DNA from: Carcharhinus longimanus
Lineage: Eukaryota
Reading direction: 5' to 3'
DNA: 64,000 nucleotides
NCBI GenBank assembly: GCA_030264375.1
Contig: JASCQW010000119.1
Span: forward strand, 9,334,685 to 9,398,684
Position numbers and translations under genes: made by a program. Positions 1 to 12,700 of this stretch are shown here, piece after piece. The notes under the pieces were generated by a model. It saw only the letters and a list, made by a program, of their open reading frames with translations, had not been told where the DNA came from and did not search any database. The first letter of the stretch is position 1; the number at the start of each line of letters is the position of its first letter.

Positions 1-290
1 TTCAGGCATTTTTATTTTGGCAAGGCGCAAAGTTTAATGAAATGTACGAGGCATTTTTATTTGCACGGTGAGGGTGATTTCTGTCTCGAACTTGCTGCCA
101 GAGGTGTTGCAGCGACAGATAGTTTTGCCCTTAAAGCTGTGTCTTTACATCTAAGTGAATGGGATGCGGTTAGAGGCATCTGGCCCCGGGAACTAAGGGG
201 TTACAATTAAATTTGGCAGCCTGGTTGCTGCAGGCTTGGGGGACAAAGGGTCGTGTTCCTGTGATGTAATCTTCATAGTGCTCTGCTTGA
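1..290 (+). mobile_element. Decayed CR1 (HER1-like) LINE 3' end
   Basis: Resembles the 3' ends of the other CR1 copies (gagggtg...gaacttgctgccagagg...aagggtcgtgttcctgtgatgtaa). Confidence 0.7.
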
Positions 291-399
291 TGTTCGCTGG
301 TGAATGACAACTCTCTTTTTTTGCATTGTGGACACCTTTCAACCCCTTGCACTTTAACTTTTGTCCCGTGTCGTAAGAACAGATCAGAACACCCTGGGG

Positions 400-3300
400 C
401 TATATTCCATTTCGACCCTGACTGGCTGCCACCCATCGTGCTCCAGACAACTCAGGCAATCCTTCAGTAGAAGCGGGAGAAGGGACCCCTTTGGGACGCA
501 CATTTCTGGCGTCAGCATTCAGTTTGCTCTTGACCATCCCAAATATTGATCCGTTGGAGGTTCCAGTTAGTGGTGAGACTTCTGGGTCACCCTCTGAAGA
601 GCAGAGAACGTCTGATAGTTTACATCGGGTGGGGCAGGGAACATCTGAGGTCTCTGGCATGCAGGAATCTGCCGGTGGTGGGGTCTCAGCTAGGTCCAGC
701 CTACATACTGGACCTTTGTGGTCACTTCTCCCTCAGCTATTGAAGACACAACAATAGAGACAGGGAATGTAGGAGAGGCTAACAGCCAAACTGGACTAAC
801 TGTGACGCTAATGGGAGGAGTCCCAAAAATTTCAGCCAAACCTGCAATTATCCCTCTTGCGTGATTTCTTGGCCAGGTCTACAAGGGTGGAGTCTGCAGT
901 GGAAAGGCAAGGGCAGGGAACCCTCATGAAGAGTGATGAGATCCAAAAGAAGACCAGTCACAGCAGGCCATTGCAGAGTTCCAGAGGTCAGCGGCCGAGT
1001 CACAGAGGTCCACAGCTGACGGGCTGATCATGCTCATGGAGGTCCTGCTGTCCATGTCTCAGAGGTTCAAGAACTTGTAGGAGTCCCGGGGAATAGTACT
1101 GAGACTTAGCGGTCTACAGCACTACCCCTTGAGAGTGTGGCCTAATCACAGAGGTTCATGTCTGTGGGGCAGGAGAGTGTGGCCCAGTCTCAGACTTCAC
1201 TTGCTGCGGCCATTAACAAGTGCCTCCAGACTGAGGTTGCCATCGCAAAACCCTCATCCAGCAGAAGTAGAACACAAATCTTCCTCCATGATTAGCAAGG
1301 CCAGATTACATCCGAGCGTCTGGAGCTCACTGTAAAAGTACCACTGATCCAAGGAGAGACCCACGGGACTTCTGCACCTGCAAGGGAGAAGGAAGGGCTT
1401 GAGAGCATGTCAGGACAGTCCACCCAAGAGATGGTAGCTACAGCTATACATCATGACTCCCCTCTTCCTGACACCAGACATCTCAGCGGCTTCGGGATGA
1501 AAAAGTATGACATGAAGAAGTCCGAGGCAGATGGAAGCCAGCCAGGACTCCCAAGTTCCAGGGCCACTTGCAGTACAGGCAACGGGACGAAATAGGCAGC
1601 AAGCCACCTCCACCTCCGATGACAGTTGTGTGCAGACACTGAGACGCAGTGTGAGCCCACATAAGGTAAGACATTTGTGGTTCCACTAAGATGGCATACA
1701 TGACGGGCTCTTTGAATTAGACAGATCTTCTAGCACCTTAACATTTTCCGTTCACATGTTTTTAATGATCCAACTTATTATTAAAACACCTTTATTGCCA
1801 TTATTATTTGTGTTTTCATCACCCATCGTACCGAGTCTCATATTTGTGTCGAATATAATTCACTTCCATTGACTATCGCTGAAGGGATGCTTCCTCTTGA
1901 TGTCAGTTGGCGAGCCCACTCAATTCTATGTCACTTCAAAAAAAAGAAACAATTGATTCCCCCGAGTCCAACGGCGATTCCCTCGCGTCCCCGAAGCCAC
2001 GGCTCCAGAGTTGTGTACGGGTGTTTCAGATCCCTGTTCCACTTTATGGTTGTGGGCCTTAGTACCAGAGCACATGCAGAGCTGTGGTAGGAGTCGGCCT
2101 AGATTGAAGCAGTACGTTATCATAATTGCACTTTGACAATTATCATCATTTTGTTGCCTGCAAAATGAACTTGCTATCACATAGTATCCAGGCCCACAAC
2201 TCTGGGGTGACGACATTGCAGGAATTGGAAGGATCTTGGCGATGTTGGAGTCTTAACAGAACCCATAGTAACAAGTTCCTAGCGACAGAACTGCCTGATG
2301 ATCATGGCCTCCCTCACATGCCTCATTTAAACTGCCAGAACTCAACCACCTTGGTGGTATTGCTTGGCGTTGTCCTCCCTTTCTTCCTCCTTCTCTTCCT
2401 GCTCGTCCTGCTGGGCGGTCTCCTCCAGCAACGCCATGTTGGTCTGCATCCATGACTTCTTCCTCCTCCTCCCGTGATAGGCCAAGTGTTAACCACTCCC
2501 GCAGGGCCCTCCAATATAGCTTCCTGATAGTGTCTGGTGTTTTGATGCCGGGCTGTGTTATTCACAGCCTGGCACAGAAGCGAGGTGACCTTCTCGGGAA
2601 GGAGGGCGACAGGGAGACGAACCAGCGAGGTACCGCTGGGGAGGGGGGACGCCAAGTAGAAGTAGTATGAGGAAGAGGAGGAGGAAGAGAGTAAGACGGA
2701 GGATGGCGATTCAGACATACGTTAATTGCAGGGAGATTTATCATCACGAACATTCGTGGCACGTATTGCGGACACGTTTTCTAGCCAGGATATACGAAAC
2801 ATTTGCGACGACCACCTGAGTCGGGATCAACTACAATGGCAGCAGCAACCGTGCTCTGAAACAAGGCAACTCATGAAAATAATCAAGCATGCTCCATTGG
2901 AACTGAGCCACATTCGCAAAGTCTAAAGCCAAAGCCCAATGGGTGTCAGCATTGCCCTTTCAAGGAGTGCAGAGTCTGGAGGAGCCTATTAAGGTCATGA
3001 GAATTGACCTGTGTTGAGTGGGCAATTGGGTTCTAGCATATGCTACGCCTGCTGTGACTCGGCTGTCGCTTGTAACTTTCCACTCATGGTGTGGCTCTCC
3101 TTCCGGAGGCTTTCCACTGTGGATGCCAACCTTGGAGCGTTGGCTTCGGAACCACGCAACGCAGGCAATAGCTGGCCCACCTGTAAACTTTTGGACATCT
3201 CCAAACTTCTTGTCCAGTGTTGGTAACATGCCCCCCCCNNNNNNNNNNNNNNNNNNNNNNNNNNNNNNNNNNNNNNNNNNNNNNNNNNNNNNNNNNNNNN

Positions 3301-4130
3301 NNNNNNNNNNNNNNNNNNNNNNNNNNNNNNNNNNNNNNCCCGCCGGCCCCCGAATTCCTACTTCTTTTACCTCCAGCAATTGCGGGATAAGTCATCACAA
3401 AGGTACAGCATACAACATGGCGCCCGCTGCGGGGCAGGCCCCCGTGCACCTGTGGCCTCGGACGATCTGTCATCCGCCCGATATACATTTGTACATTTGT
3501 TGTGCACACCAGCGCATAACCAAGATTCATCATCACGAACGTAAGCCAGCAATGTGTGGGTCTCTGTGATGGCGAGTTTCAAAATGAAAGCTAAGACAAA
3601 AATGGTGTCAGCCTCGAAGGTCCCTTCATCCACAACCTCTGCGGAATCCAGTGATCTGCCTGGAGCAGAATAGTGTGGAGCGCCGTGGAGTCCACCTGCC
3701 AGATGGCGGAGACCTGTTGTGGTTCCTTAATGCAACACAGCACATGAGGTTAAGTGAAGAGCATGGGAAGGAATCTGAGCTGCATGCGACTTAGTTGAGG
3801 TTCCTCCAAAAGGAGTCGGATTCACATCTGCTCAGCGCTATGCTCTACATTGAACATCATGTAAGTGAAGATCACAATGCCCTCGTCTACAAAAATTCCA
3901 GTGCCTGTGCTCAAACTGAGTTAGAACTCGAATATCAGGCGCACCACCCAGTGCCTTTGCACTGAGCCCGCGATTATGTCCATTAATCCCCTGTGGGGAC
4001 AACATGAACCATGTAAATCTGGTGGCATAAGACGTGCAGTGTTTCAGATTGTGGCCTTCAGTTGTCACCGGTTGTGATAGTCTTGGATCGGAGAAACGAG
4101 GTTGTTGGACGTCAGGTGTTGACGTCATTC
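400..4130. mobile_element. Decayed, rearranged PIF/Harbinger DNA transposon remnants
   Basis: Plus-strand ORF 2452-2670 reads HSRRALQYS...GCVIHSLAQKRGDLL, like the HARBI1-type transposase C-terminus (DRSGGALQYSP...CCxLHNLA). Minus 2960-3230 weakly resembles the Myb/SANT partner protein. Minus 3840-4120 has YAT-containing transposase N-terminal-like sequence. Confidence 0.6.
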
Positions 4131-4149
4131 AGGTCCTCATGGTGGGGGA

Positions 4150-5745
4150 CATCACAGGTCATTTGGCAGACAGATATGAGCTGAAGGAAAACAAAATCGC
4201 ATGTTTCCTTGATGATGTTATTCAAGTTCTTGCAGCAGTGTGGGAGGTTAGGGAGGAAATTACGTGTCCCCTACAGAGATAATTGTGTCTTCAATAGTCA
4301 GAGGTGAAATACCTGACTTTTGGAAGATGGCAAATGTGATGCCTTTGTTTAAGGGTTGCAAGGAAAAGTCCAGGAACTACATGCCAATGATCCACACATC
4401 TTTTCTGATTAAGTTGATTGAAAGTGTTTGTGAGAGAGGATCTACAGACTTTTAGACATGCAAGGACTGATTAGGCAAAGCCAGCATGCATTTGTGATTC
4501 GAAAATAATGTCTCACAAATTTGATTGAGGTTTCTTTTCAGGGGGAACCAAGAAGGTAGATGAGGGCAATGCAGTTGATTGTGTGCACATGGATTTTAGC
4601 AAGACGTTTGGCAAGGAAGCGCATGGTAGTTTGTTGCATGGCATTAAATCTCAAGTGATCATGGCGACGTAGCCAAATTAATACCAAATTGGCTTGTTGA
4701 CAGAAGACAGAGGGCGGTTGTAGAGGGTTATTTTTCAAACCGGAGGTCTGTAACCACAAGTGTGCCTCAGGAGTCGGTGCTGCGTCCACTTTTATTTGGC
4801 ATTTATCTTAATGAGTTGTATGTCTATTTTGCAAGTACCGTTCGTAAGTTTGTAGAAGGCATCAAGATTAGTGGCATAGTGGACAGTTAAGGACGTTATT
4901 TAGGATTGCAACAGGATTTTAACCAATTGGGCAAGTGGCTGACGAATGGCAGATGGAGTTTCACTTGGATAAATGCGAGGTGATTTGTTTGATTGGACAA
5001 ATGCAAGGCTTTCTGTGTTGATAATAGGACGTTGGCACGAGTTATTGAAGTAACATATCTAGGGTTAGAGATTCATAACTCCTTGAAAATGGAGTCACAG
5101 TTGAACAGAATGGTGAAGAAGACATCCATTGGTCAGAACATTGAATAAAGGAGTTGGTACGTTTTCTTGAAGTTGTATGAGACATTGGTGAGACCCACAC
5201 TTGGAATGGAATGTACAGTTCTGGTCACCCTATTATAGGAAGGATATTTCAAACTAGAAACAGCACAGAAAATATTTACTGGGGTGCACCAGGACTTGAT
5301 GGTTTTATTCAAAAGAGAGGCTGCATATACTGGGACATAATCTCTCGAGCTGATGAGGCTCAGAGATGATCTTATAGCGAGCTACAAAATAATAACCGAT
5401 ATAGATCATGAGGTAGTCAAGCTATTTTCCCAAATGTAGGGGACACTAAAAGTAGAACACATGGTTTAAAGGTGAGAGAGGAGGAAACAAAATGGTCCAG
5501 AAGGGCAATTGATTCACATCGAGGGAAATGTGTTTCTGGAGCAAACTGCCAGAGGTAGTAGCGGAGCCAGTAGCATTTTTACTTTAAAAACGCGTTTGGA
5601 CAGTTACATGGGCAAGGTGGGTGTAGACTGATGTGCAGCAAACACAAATATTTGGGTCTAACGTATGGGTTAACAAAGGCGCAGCCTGTACAAGGTGGAC
5701 CGAAGGACCAGTTTCCAAGCCGTAAATCACGACCGCTCTATGGCA
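4150..5745 (+). mobile_element. 5'-truncated CR1 (HER1-like) LINE, decayed RT and 3' UTR
   Basis: PDFWKMANVMPLFKGCKEKSRNY, then MDFSKxF-like and VPQxSVL-like RT motifs with many stops, and a CR1-type 3' tail. Confidence 0.9.
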
Positions 5746-5989
5746 CTGCCTCCCGGTTCACCTGTCCAGTTCTCTGGCAGTAACTCCCGTGTTGCACCGA
5801 CTCCCAAGCTACTATTCCATTCCTTCATCTTGGACGGCGTCCTGCTAGGGGGAAGAATATCACTCTTGTGCACCCTCCAGCAACCTGGTCAGGTCTACAT
5901 CCTGAAGAATAGGATTTGTCTTCCTGGTGACAATTTATTTCCACACTGCAGGCCTGTCTTATCAGGGCAGATCATCTGGAAGAACGTTG

Positions 5990-6607
5990 ATCGAGCTTAG
6001 CGTCCGTTGGAGCATTCTAGCGGGTTAAATGATTTTGCTTTGTTGTTATTAAAGAAAAGCCAAGCAGTAATTTGCAGGTGCGCTTATGGATTTAGTATGG
6101 AGGTGGGGGGTGGGTATTTTTCGTCTGTGGCAATTGGTGGCAAGGGAGTCAGGGGGCATGTCCATAAGCCATCAGAGCCTGGGCGGGGAGGGGTGGCGGG
6201 GTACGGAAGGGGGCTGTGAAGATGGGGTCGTCTGCCAGAGGGTTTAGGGGGCGCCATTGGGGTTGGCTTGTATGGGAGTTGCGTGGGGCAGGAATGTTCA
6301 GATCTCCGGTGTCTGTGGAGGAGAGCGTGGAATATTTTTGGCCCTCAGTTGTTTATTTTTGCAGCTAAGCTGCATTTTTGTGCTGCCTCGATGCATGCGC
6401 GGTTCTATGCTCCTGCGATATGATCTGCACGCTCTCCGGCTCATTAGGCTATACCCCCAGTCTCTCCAGTCTAGACACAGATTAGCTTTTATTTTCTCAA
6501 AGTAAGTTCATAAAGTTGGGCATTAGAACTCGCCGGAGAAACGGACCAACTCTATTTTTTTTTCAAGCTAACTGGAGACTGGGGCAAAATCTCGTAAATT
6601 TCCGCCA
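5990..6607. mobile_element. Probable non-autonomous DNA-transposon (Harbinger/MITE-like) end
   Basis: G-rich tract ending in TIR-like gtaaatttccgcc at an abrupt switch to AT-rich DNA. Family recognised from memory only. Confidence 0.35.
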
Positions 6608-6753
6608 GATATTTTATTGCATTTTGTGTGTACCATTGCAAGCATGAGTGGTGCACAGTTACAGACATGTTAAACTCTATCTGAAACTAAACAGATTTAG
6701 ACATAAAAAAAAAGTTTGCAAAAATGTGTGTTTCAGTCACGTTCCATACTCAC

Positions 6754-6789
6754 CTAATTGTTGCACCAATGTTTTGCATTCCCATAGTT
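6754..6789 (-). CDS. Microexon 19 (36 nt): [12 protein letters not shown]
   Basis: gtctgcactgcag|AACTATGGGAATGCAAAACATTGGTGCAACAATTAG|gtgagt. The donor shows the gene continues downstream. Confidence 0.92.
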   Translation of the reverse strand, partial: NYGNAKHWCNN

Positions 6790-9700
6790 CTGCAGTGCAG
6801 ACATATTTGTTTATTTTATAATTGAAGAGTCTTTGTTTATCGAAGTTGACAATTGATTCATCCATAAATGTTACCTAATATTTGGCCATCACAAAGTAGC
6901 GTCAGACAATGTGCTCCAATTTTGCGCTTGTTTTGCACATATCGAATTATATTTATCCAAAATAGCCCAAGACAATCCAGTGGCCAAACTACTTCGTTGT
7001 GTATGAGGCATAAACTTCCTCTCAGAGAATATCAATAGGTCCTTCATAAGATTGCAACGTTGTTGCTATCGGTAGGATTGCAGTTTATATTTAGGTTACC
7101 TTTTTCTTTGTCTGCCAACTTGTCCTCTATTAGGAGGCAAACAATATATAAATAATGCAATGAAATACAAGTTCCAAAGTACACATTTATTTCACTGTGC
7201 CGCGATTTGAGTTGTCAAGTGTCTTCTCAAGTGTTCTCTTTCGAGGAAACTTTGCCGATTATTAGAACAGCATGACGTTATATATTCACATTTTACTGAA
7301 ATATGTAAGTTAGTAACTTATTTGTTTGTTCACAAAAAAACAAGCAGCCAAACATTAGAGATGCTCGCAGTCACATCAAACGGTTTCTATTTCTGAGATA
7401 AAATGTGTCAACAGAACACATGTCTGCAATTGAGAAAGTTATAGACATTGGCATTTCAAATGACTCACCACATTCCATCAATGATTTTTCACATTGGGCA
7501 ATTTCTGGATCAAATTTAATATAACGTTTATTTTTTTTTCTAAGTTCAATAGATACTGTTCAATGATTCACGGATACGAAAGTTATCAAATGCTATAAAA
7601 TCTATTCGAAAAAAAATAAAACAAAGAAACACGAACATGGACGGCTGATGCAGCTGCCTAGAACTTGAATAAAAGAGACAACTGAGCAGAATAAATAACT
7701 CACTTATCAAAGGCAAAGCTACATTTTATGGTACAGTGAGTAGTGTCACAAAATCAAATTAAATTCCAGCAGGTTTATTTGGCAGCACGAGCTTTTGGAA
7801 CACATCTTTTTCATCAGATGTATGCAGGATTTGTTTCAACACCTGAGGAAAAAAAAATGTGCACTCAAATGATGAAGGAACCGTGCTCCAAATGCTCGTG
7901 CTACCAAATCAACGTGTTGGATTTTAATCTGGTGATGTGAGATTGCTTACTGTGCCTCCACCAGTCCAACGCCGGCCGCTTCATTTCCTGGCATTTCATG
8001 GTGGCCGCACAGCTGCATATTATCTAGGGTAATGAGCAATTTGCAATGCAAGGCGACCTAGTCACGGACACTTACATCTCAAGAATATGAAAAATAAGTT
8101 ATATAAAGCAAAAGCACTGGGCTGAAAGTCAAAATGGAGTGCCAATATGACAGCAATATTTTTCAATCAGCTCAATTCTAAGAATGGTGGGCGAAGGGCA
8201 CTTTGTCAATCGTTAGCAGAAACTTCCGACTGCAACAACCATAAACAGATTATTTTCATATTAAGCTGAACCTATATGCTATGTACTATGTTTTCAGCGT
8301 TCTGAGAGAGGTCAGACTGTATGCTTGAAATCATCAATTCCCTGCGCATCAAGGCTAATGGTAACGCAGTCCAGCACAGTCTGTTAAAGAGGGAATTATT
8401 GATTTAAGCTGCAAAAGCAAAAACATACGTATTTGCACTGTTGAATGTCTTCAAATTTCTTTCGGAGCTGAGCGCATTCACAATCCGTTCATGTACCCAA
8501 AATGCTGGAAAAGGCAGGGGATGAAATTGTTGGGGCATTGAGAGAAATATTTGAATCCTTACTGGCTGTAGGGGAGGTCCCAGATGACAGGGGAATAGTC
8601 AGTGTGGTTCCTTTGTATCAAAAGGGTAGCAAACTTTATCCAAGTTACCCAGTGTCCAGTTAACTCGAAAAAAAAGGCCAGTGAGCCTTTGGTCAGTGGT
8701 AAGGAAATTATTGGAGATGATTCTTCGAGACAGGTTTTACTCATGCATGGAAATAAGTGGAAATACATGTTAGATAGAGGTGAGGGTGATGTCCTGCCTC
8801 AATACTTTCTTCATTTTTTTGAGGAACTGTCGAAGATATTTGATGAGGGTAAGGCAGCGGACGTGGGCCCCATGGGCTTAGGTAAGGTGTTTAGAAGGTT
8901 CCTCATGGCAGACGGATACAGAAGGTGAAGTCGTGGGCTTATTAGTAAACTTGAAGCCGACACAAAGGTTGTTGGAATTGTGAATGGTACTGAGGGCCGT
9001 CGGAGGACAGTGCCGGATATAAATCAGTGGAGAATGGAGCGCAGAGATGGAGATGGAGTTTTATCCGGGAAAATGCGAGTGAATGTATTTTGAATTCCTA
9101 ATTGAGATGTTGAATACACAGTAAATGACTGAACCCTGAAGAGCATTGATAAACATAGGGATCTCAGTGTGCAGGTCACAAGTCGCTAAAAGTGACAATA
9201 ATGGTTGGGAAGGTCGTACAGAAAGCATCCGACATTCAGGCCTTCATTGGCCGGGATATTGAATTCAAAAAATGGCGATTCATGTTTCAAGTTTATAGAA
9301 CCACGGGCCGCGCTTGGAATGCAGTGTTCAATTCTAGTCGTCACGCTACCAGAATAATTTTAAGGGTTGGAAAAGAGAACAAGAGTTTGTTTAGTCGGGA
9401 AGGATTTACTATGAGAAGAGAGGGTGAACTTGTTTATTTCTTATTGGAACGGTGGAAGTTGAGGGCGGCCCAATAGAAGTCTACAAGGCCGTGAGGGATG
9501 GGGGCAGAGTCGACATTCAGAAGAATGGAAGAGCAGTTTACGGGAGCGGGGGGCGGTGGGGAGTGGGGCAGAAGTTTGTGTTACAAGGGGTAAGGCGATA
9601 AGATATTCACTAAGTCGTATTTTTTTTACATAGACGGTGAGGGTGTCTGAAACTTGAGGCTGTTGGAGAACGTGGGAACAGGTACCATAGTAACTTATAA

Positions 9701-12700
9701 GGGGCATCTTGAGAACTACATGGATAGGATGGCAGTAGAGAGATAATGTCAGCGGAAGGGCAGGGGTTTTAGCTCAGTCAGGCAACATGGTCGGCACAGG
9801 CTTGGATGGCCGAAGGGCTAGTTCCCGTGTCTTAATTTTCTTCTTTATTACTTGCATTGCTACTGTGGTACGCTAGAATTCAACGTACGATTTTTCTGAT
9901 TTTTTTTGGTACGGTTGTTTGGCATTGCGTTAGCTATTTGGTGTTTGCCGAATATTGTGCCGTTGTAAGGGTGACACTGAAGGCCTTCTGTGATGCTTCC
10001 TTGATTTGATTTTTTGTTGTCACAAGCAATAGTACACCGTGAAATGTTTTTTTTTGCATGCTGTACAGACAAAGCATATCGTTAATAAAGAAGGAAAGCG
10101 GAGACTATGGAGTGGCTACACTCACGGCTAGGTTGTGGAGAAATATCAAATTAATCCTCGAAAGGTCCAATTAAAAGTCTGATGGGAGGAGGGAAGAAAC
10201 TGTTCTTGAGTTGGTTGGTCCGTGACCTGAGACTTTTGCATCATTTTTTCCTCCTGACTGAAAAAGGTGGAAGAGCATATGTCGACGGATTATTAATTGT
10301 GCTGGCTGTTTTGTTTTCGAAGCAGTGGAAATTGTATACAGAATCAATGGGTGAGAGGTTGTTTTGCGTAATGGAATGGGTTTCATAGATTTTACACATT
10401 TTCTTTAAGCATTTTGAAGTTATACGTCGTCCGCATGAGCATTTGTTTGTTGCTTTAATTTTCCGTTGTGCCTTACAAAATCACGGATTATCGCGTGAAT
10501 TCATGCATTTTTCACGAACGCTGACATTAACCAGCTCAGAATTTCGAAATTCATAATATTGAATGGTTTACTTGTCATACCTTCGGTTTTGGCATCCAAC
10601 CTTGATTCTGATTGAAAGTAAAAAAAAACACATTTCCAAAGAATGTGAATTGAACGCAAGGCACGGGGAAGTTGGGGGGAGGGTGGGGTGGTTTAATTCC
10701 CTTATAAATGCATAAATTTGCCGAAGCATTGCATTTTTTTTTCATGGAAGAATACGTTTTGACAACGGCACGACAACACATTGACTGCACTGCTGAAATA
10801 CCATTTTTTGTTTCGGAACCGAAGCTTCTGAGATCCTTGTGATGGATCTCCAGATTATCGACACATAAGTTTGTAACATTTTTGTCTACAAAATTGCTAA
10901 CATACACTTAATAAGCTTAGTGGTATGTCAAAATGTTCCCGTAGCTTTGTAAAGGTAGTTGGAACATCAGCACGTTCGCCTGCGAAAGATGATCTTTTTA
11001 AGTAGAAGTGTTAGTTGATACTCGCCTAATTCGTTCATCAACTGTTTGCAGATGGCGATTTCTGTGTCCAGGCAAACCAATGGTATGATTAATTTCAACA
11101 GTCATTCGTTTAATTAGTTCATTAGCAGCATAATGTTTCAATGTGCTGAATTATTTACAACACATATAACTGTTAAAGTGTTTGTCATGCATATATTTAG
11201 GACTTGAATGGCACTGAACCAAAATGAGAGAATCTGTGGTTCAGTTAGCCGAAAACATAAAAAAAAATAGATTTTTGTTATAGACCATATGAAATAGAAA
11301 AGGGAAATCCTGAAATAGCAAACCGTCGACGAGGCTGAATTAGGTAAATAAACATTTTGCACATTGGGTGCAGTGTTTAGGTGGGCCGCATAAAGGCCTT
11401 TTCTTGAGGGCTACGGTGAGATCAAATGTCTCGAAGCCGTGAATCATACATTCGACAGATGCTATGTCTATACCATAAAACAATCAGTAACAAATTATAT
11501 TTCTGTTAAACGATTTGAGACAATGGGAAACACCAAACCCATGAATGTCCATGGACTAGGTAAGCAGTTGAGGATGGACTTCTCAAGGGCAATTAGGGAT
11601 TGGTAGGAGAACCTGACCCAAGAAATTATCATCGTCTGATCAGACAAATAATATGAAGCAGCAAGGCTGACATTCAGAATTGACTGAGCATATGGCATCA
11701 AAGTGTGGAAGCAAATCAAAACCAGTAATCGATGGCAATGGACATTTTGTCAGCAGCGCAGTCGCAGAGTAAGAACACCTTGCGAATTAATTATTTTTGC
11801 AACGACTCCACTGTGGGAAAAATCTGTTTCTATTATATCAGGTTCTTGGAGAAGTCCGCTTTGGAATCATCCCAATAAACGAACATCGTGTATTCACTGT
11901 CCACATGAGAACGGAGGGGAACTCGAATAACAATGCCGTGGTTGTTTTCTAGTTGGTTTCAGTAACGCATATAAAGTGTGTTAGATAATACAACAGTATA
12001 TAGGTAGATTGGAAAATTGGGCAGAGTAATGGCANNNNNNNNNNNNNNNNNNNNNNNNNNNNNNNNNNNNNNNNNNNNNNNNNNNNNNNNNNNNNNNNNN
12101 NNNNNNNNNNNNNNNNNNNNNNNNNNNNNNNNNNGATGAAATTAAATAGGAACAAACGCAAGATGATGCAATTTGGTAGATCCAGTTGAGGGTTGGAGCT
12201 AAATAAAAAATAACTATCAGAGCAATCAGGAGCATAGACACACAGGGGACCGGGAATACAGGTCTACAGATCCTTAAATGTGGCAGCACAGGTGGAAACA
12301 TCGTGAAAAACACATATGGCATGTTGATATTTATCGATGGGGCATGGAGTATAAAAGTTGGCAAATTATGTTATAGTTGTATCAAATATTGGTTCGGCCA
12401 CATTTGGAATACTGCATTCATTTCTGGTCACGATACTGGGATTGGTCTCCCTGGAAAGACGGGGACTTCGGGGCAACCTGATTGAAGTTTATAAAGTCGT
12501 GAGCTGTATAGTTAGGACAAGGAGATGGAAGATTTTTGTTTGTTTTCCCGGAGCTTAAATGACAAGCACAGGGAAGCATAATTTCAAGCTAAAGACTGAA
12601 TGGCTCAGTTGACATCTGCAGTTTTTTTTAACACAGAGGATGATGGCGCCTCAGAATGCACTGCCATGTGACGTGGTTGAGGCAGTTAAGGTAGTCACAT

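Noticed and set aside
11052-11082. Plus-strand exon-like ag|ATGGCGATTTCTGTGTCCAGGCAAACCAATG|gt (DGDFC, EGF-like start)
   Set aside because: 31 nt, no partner exons, and it overlaps the much better supported minus-strand exon 15.
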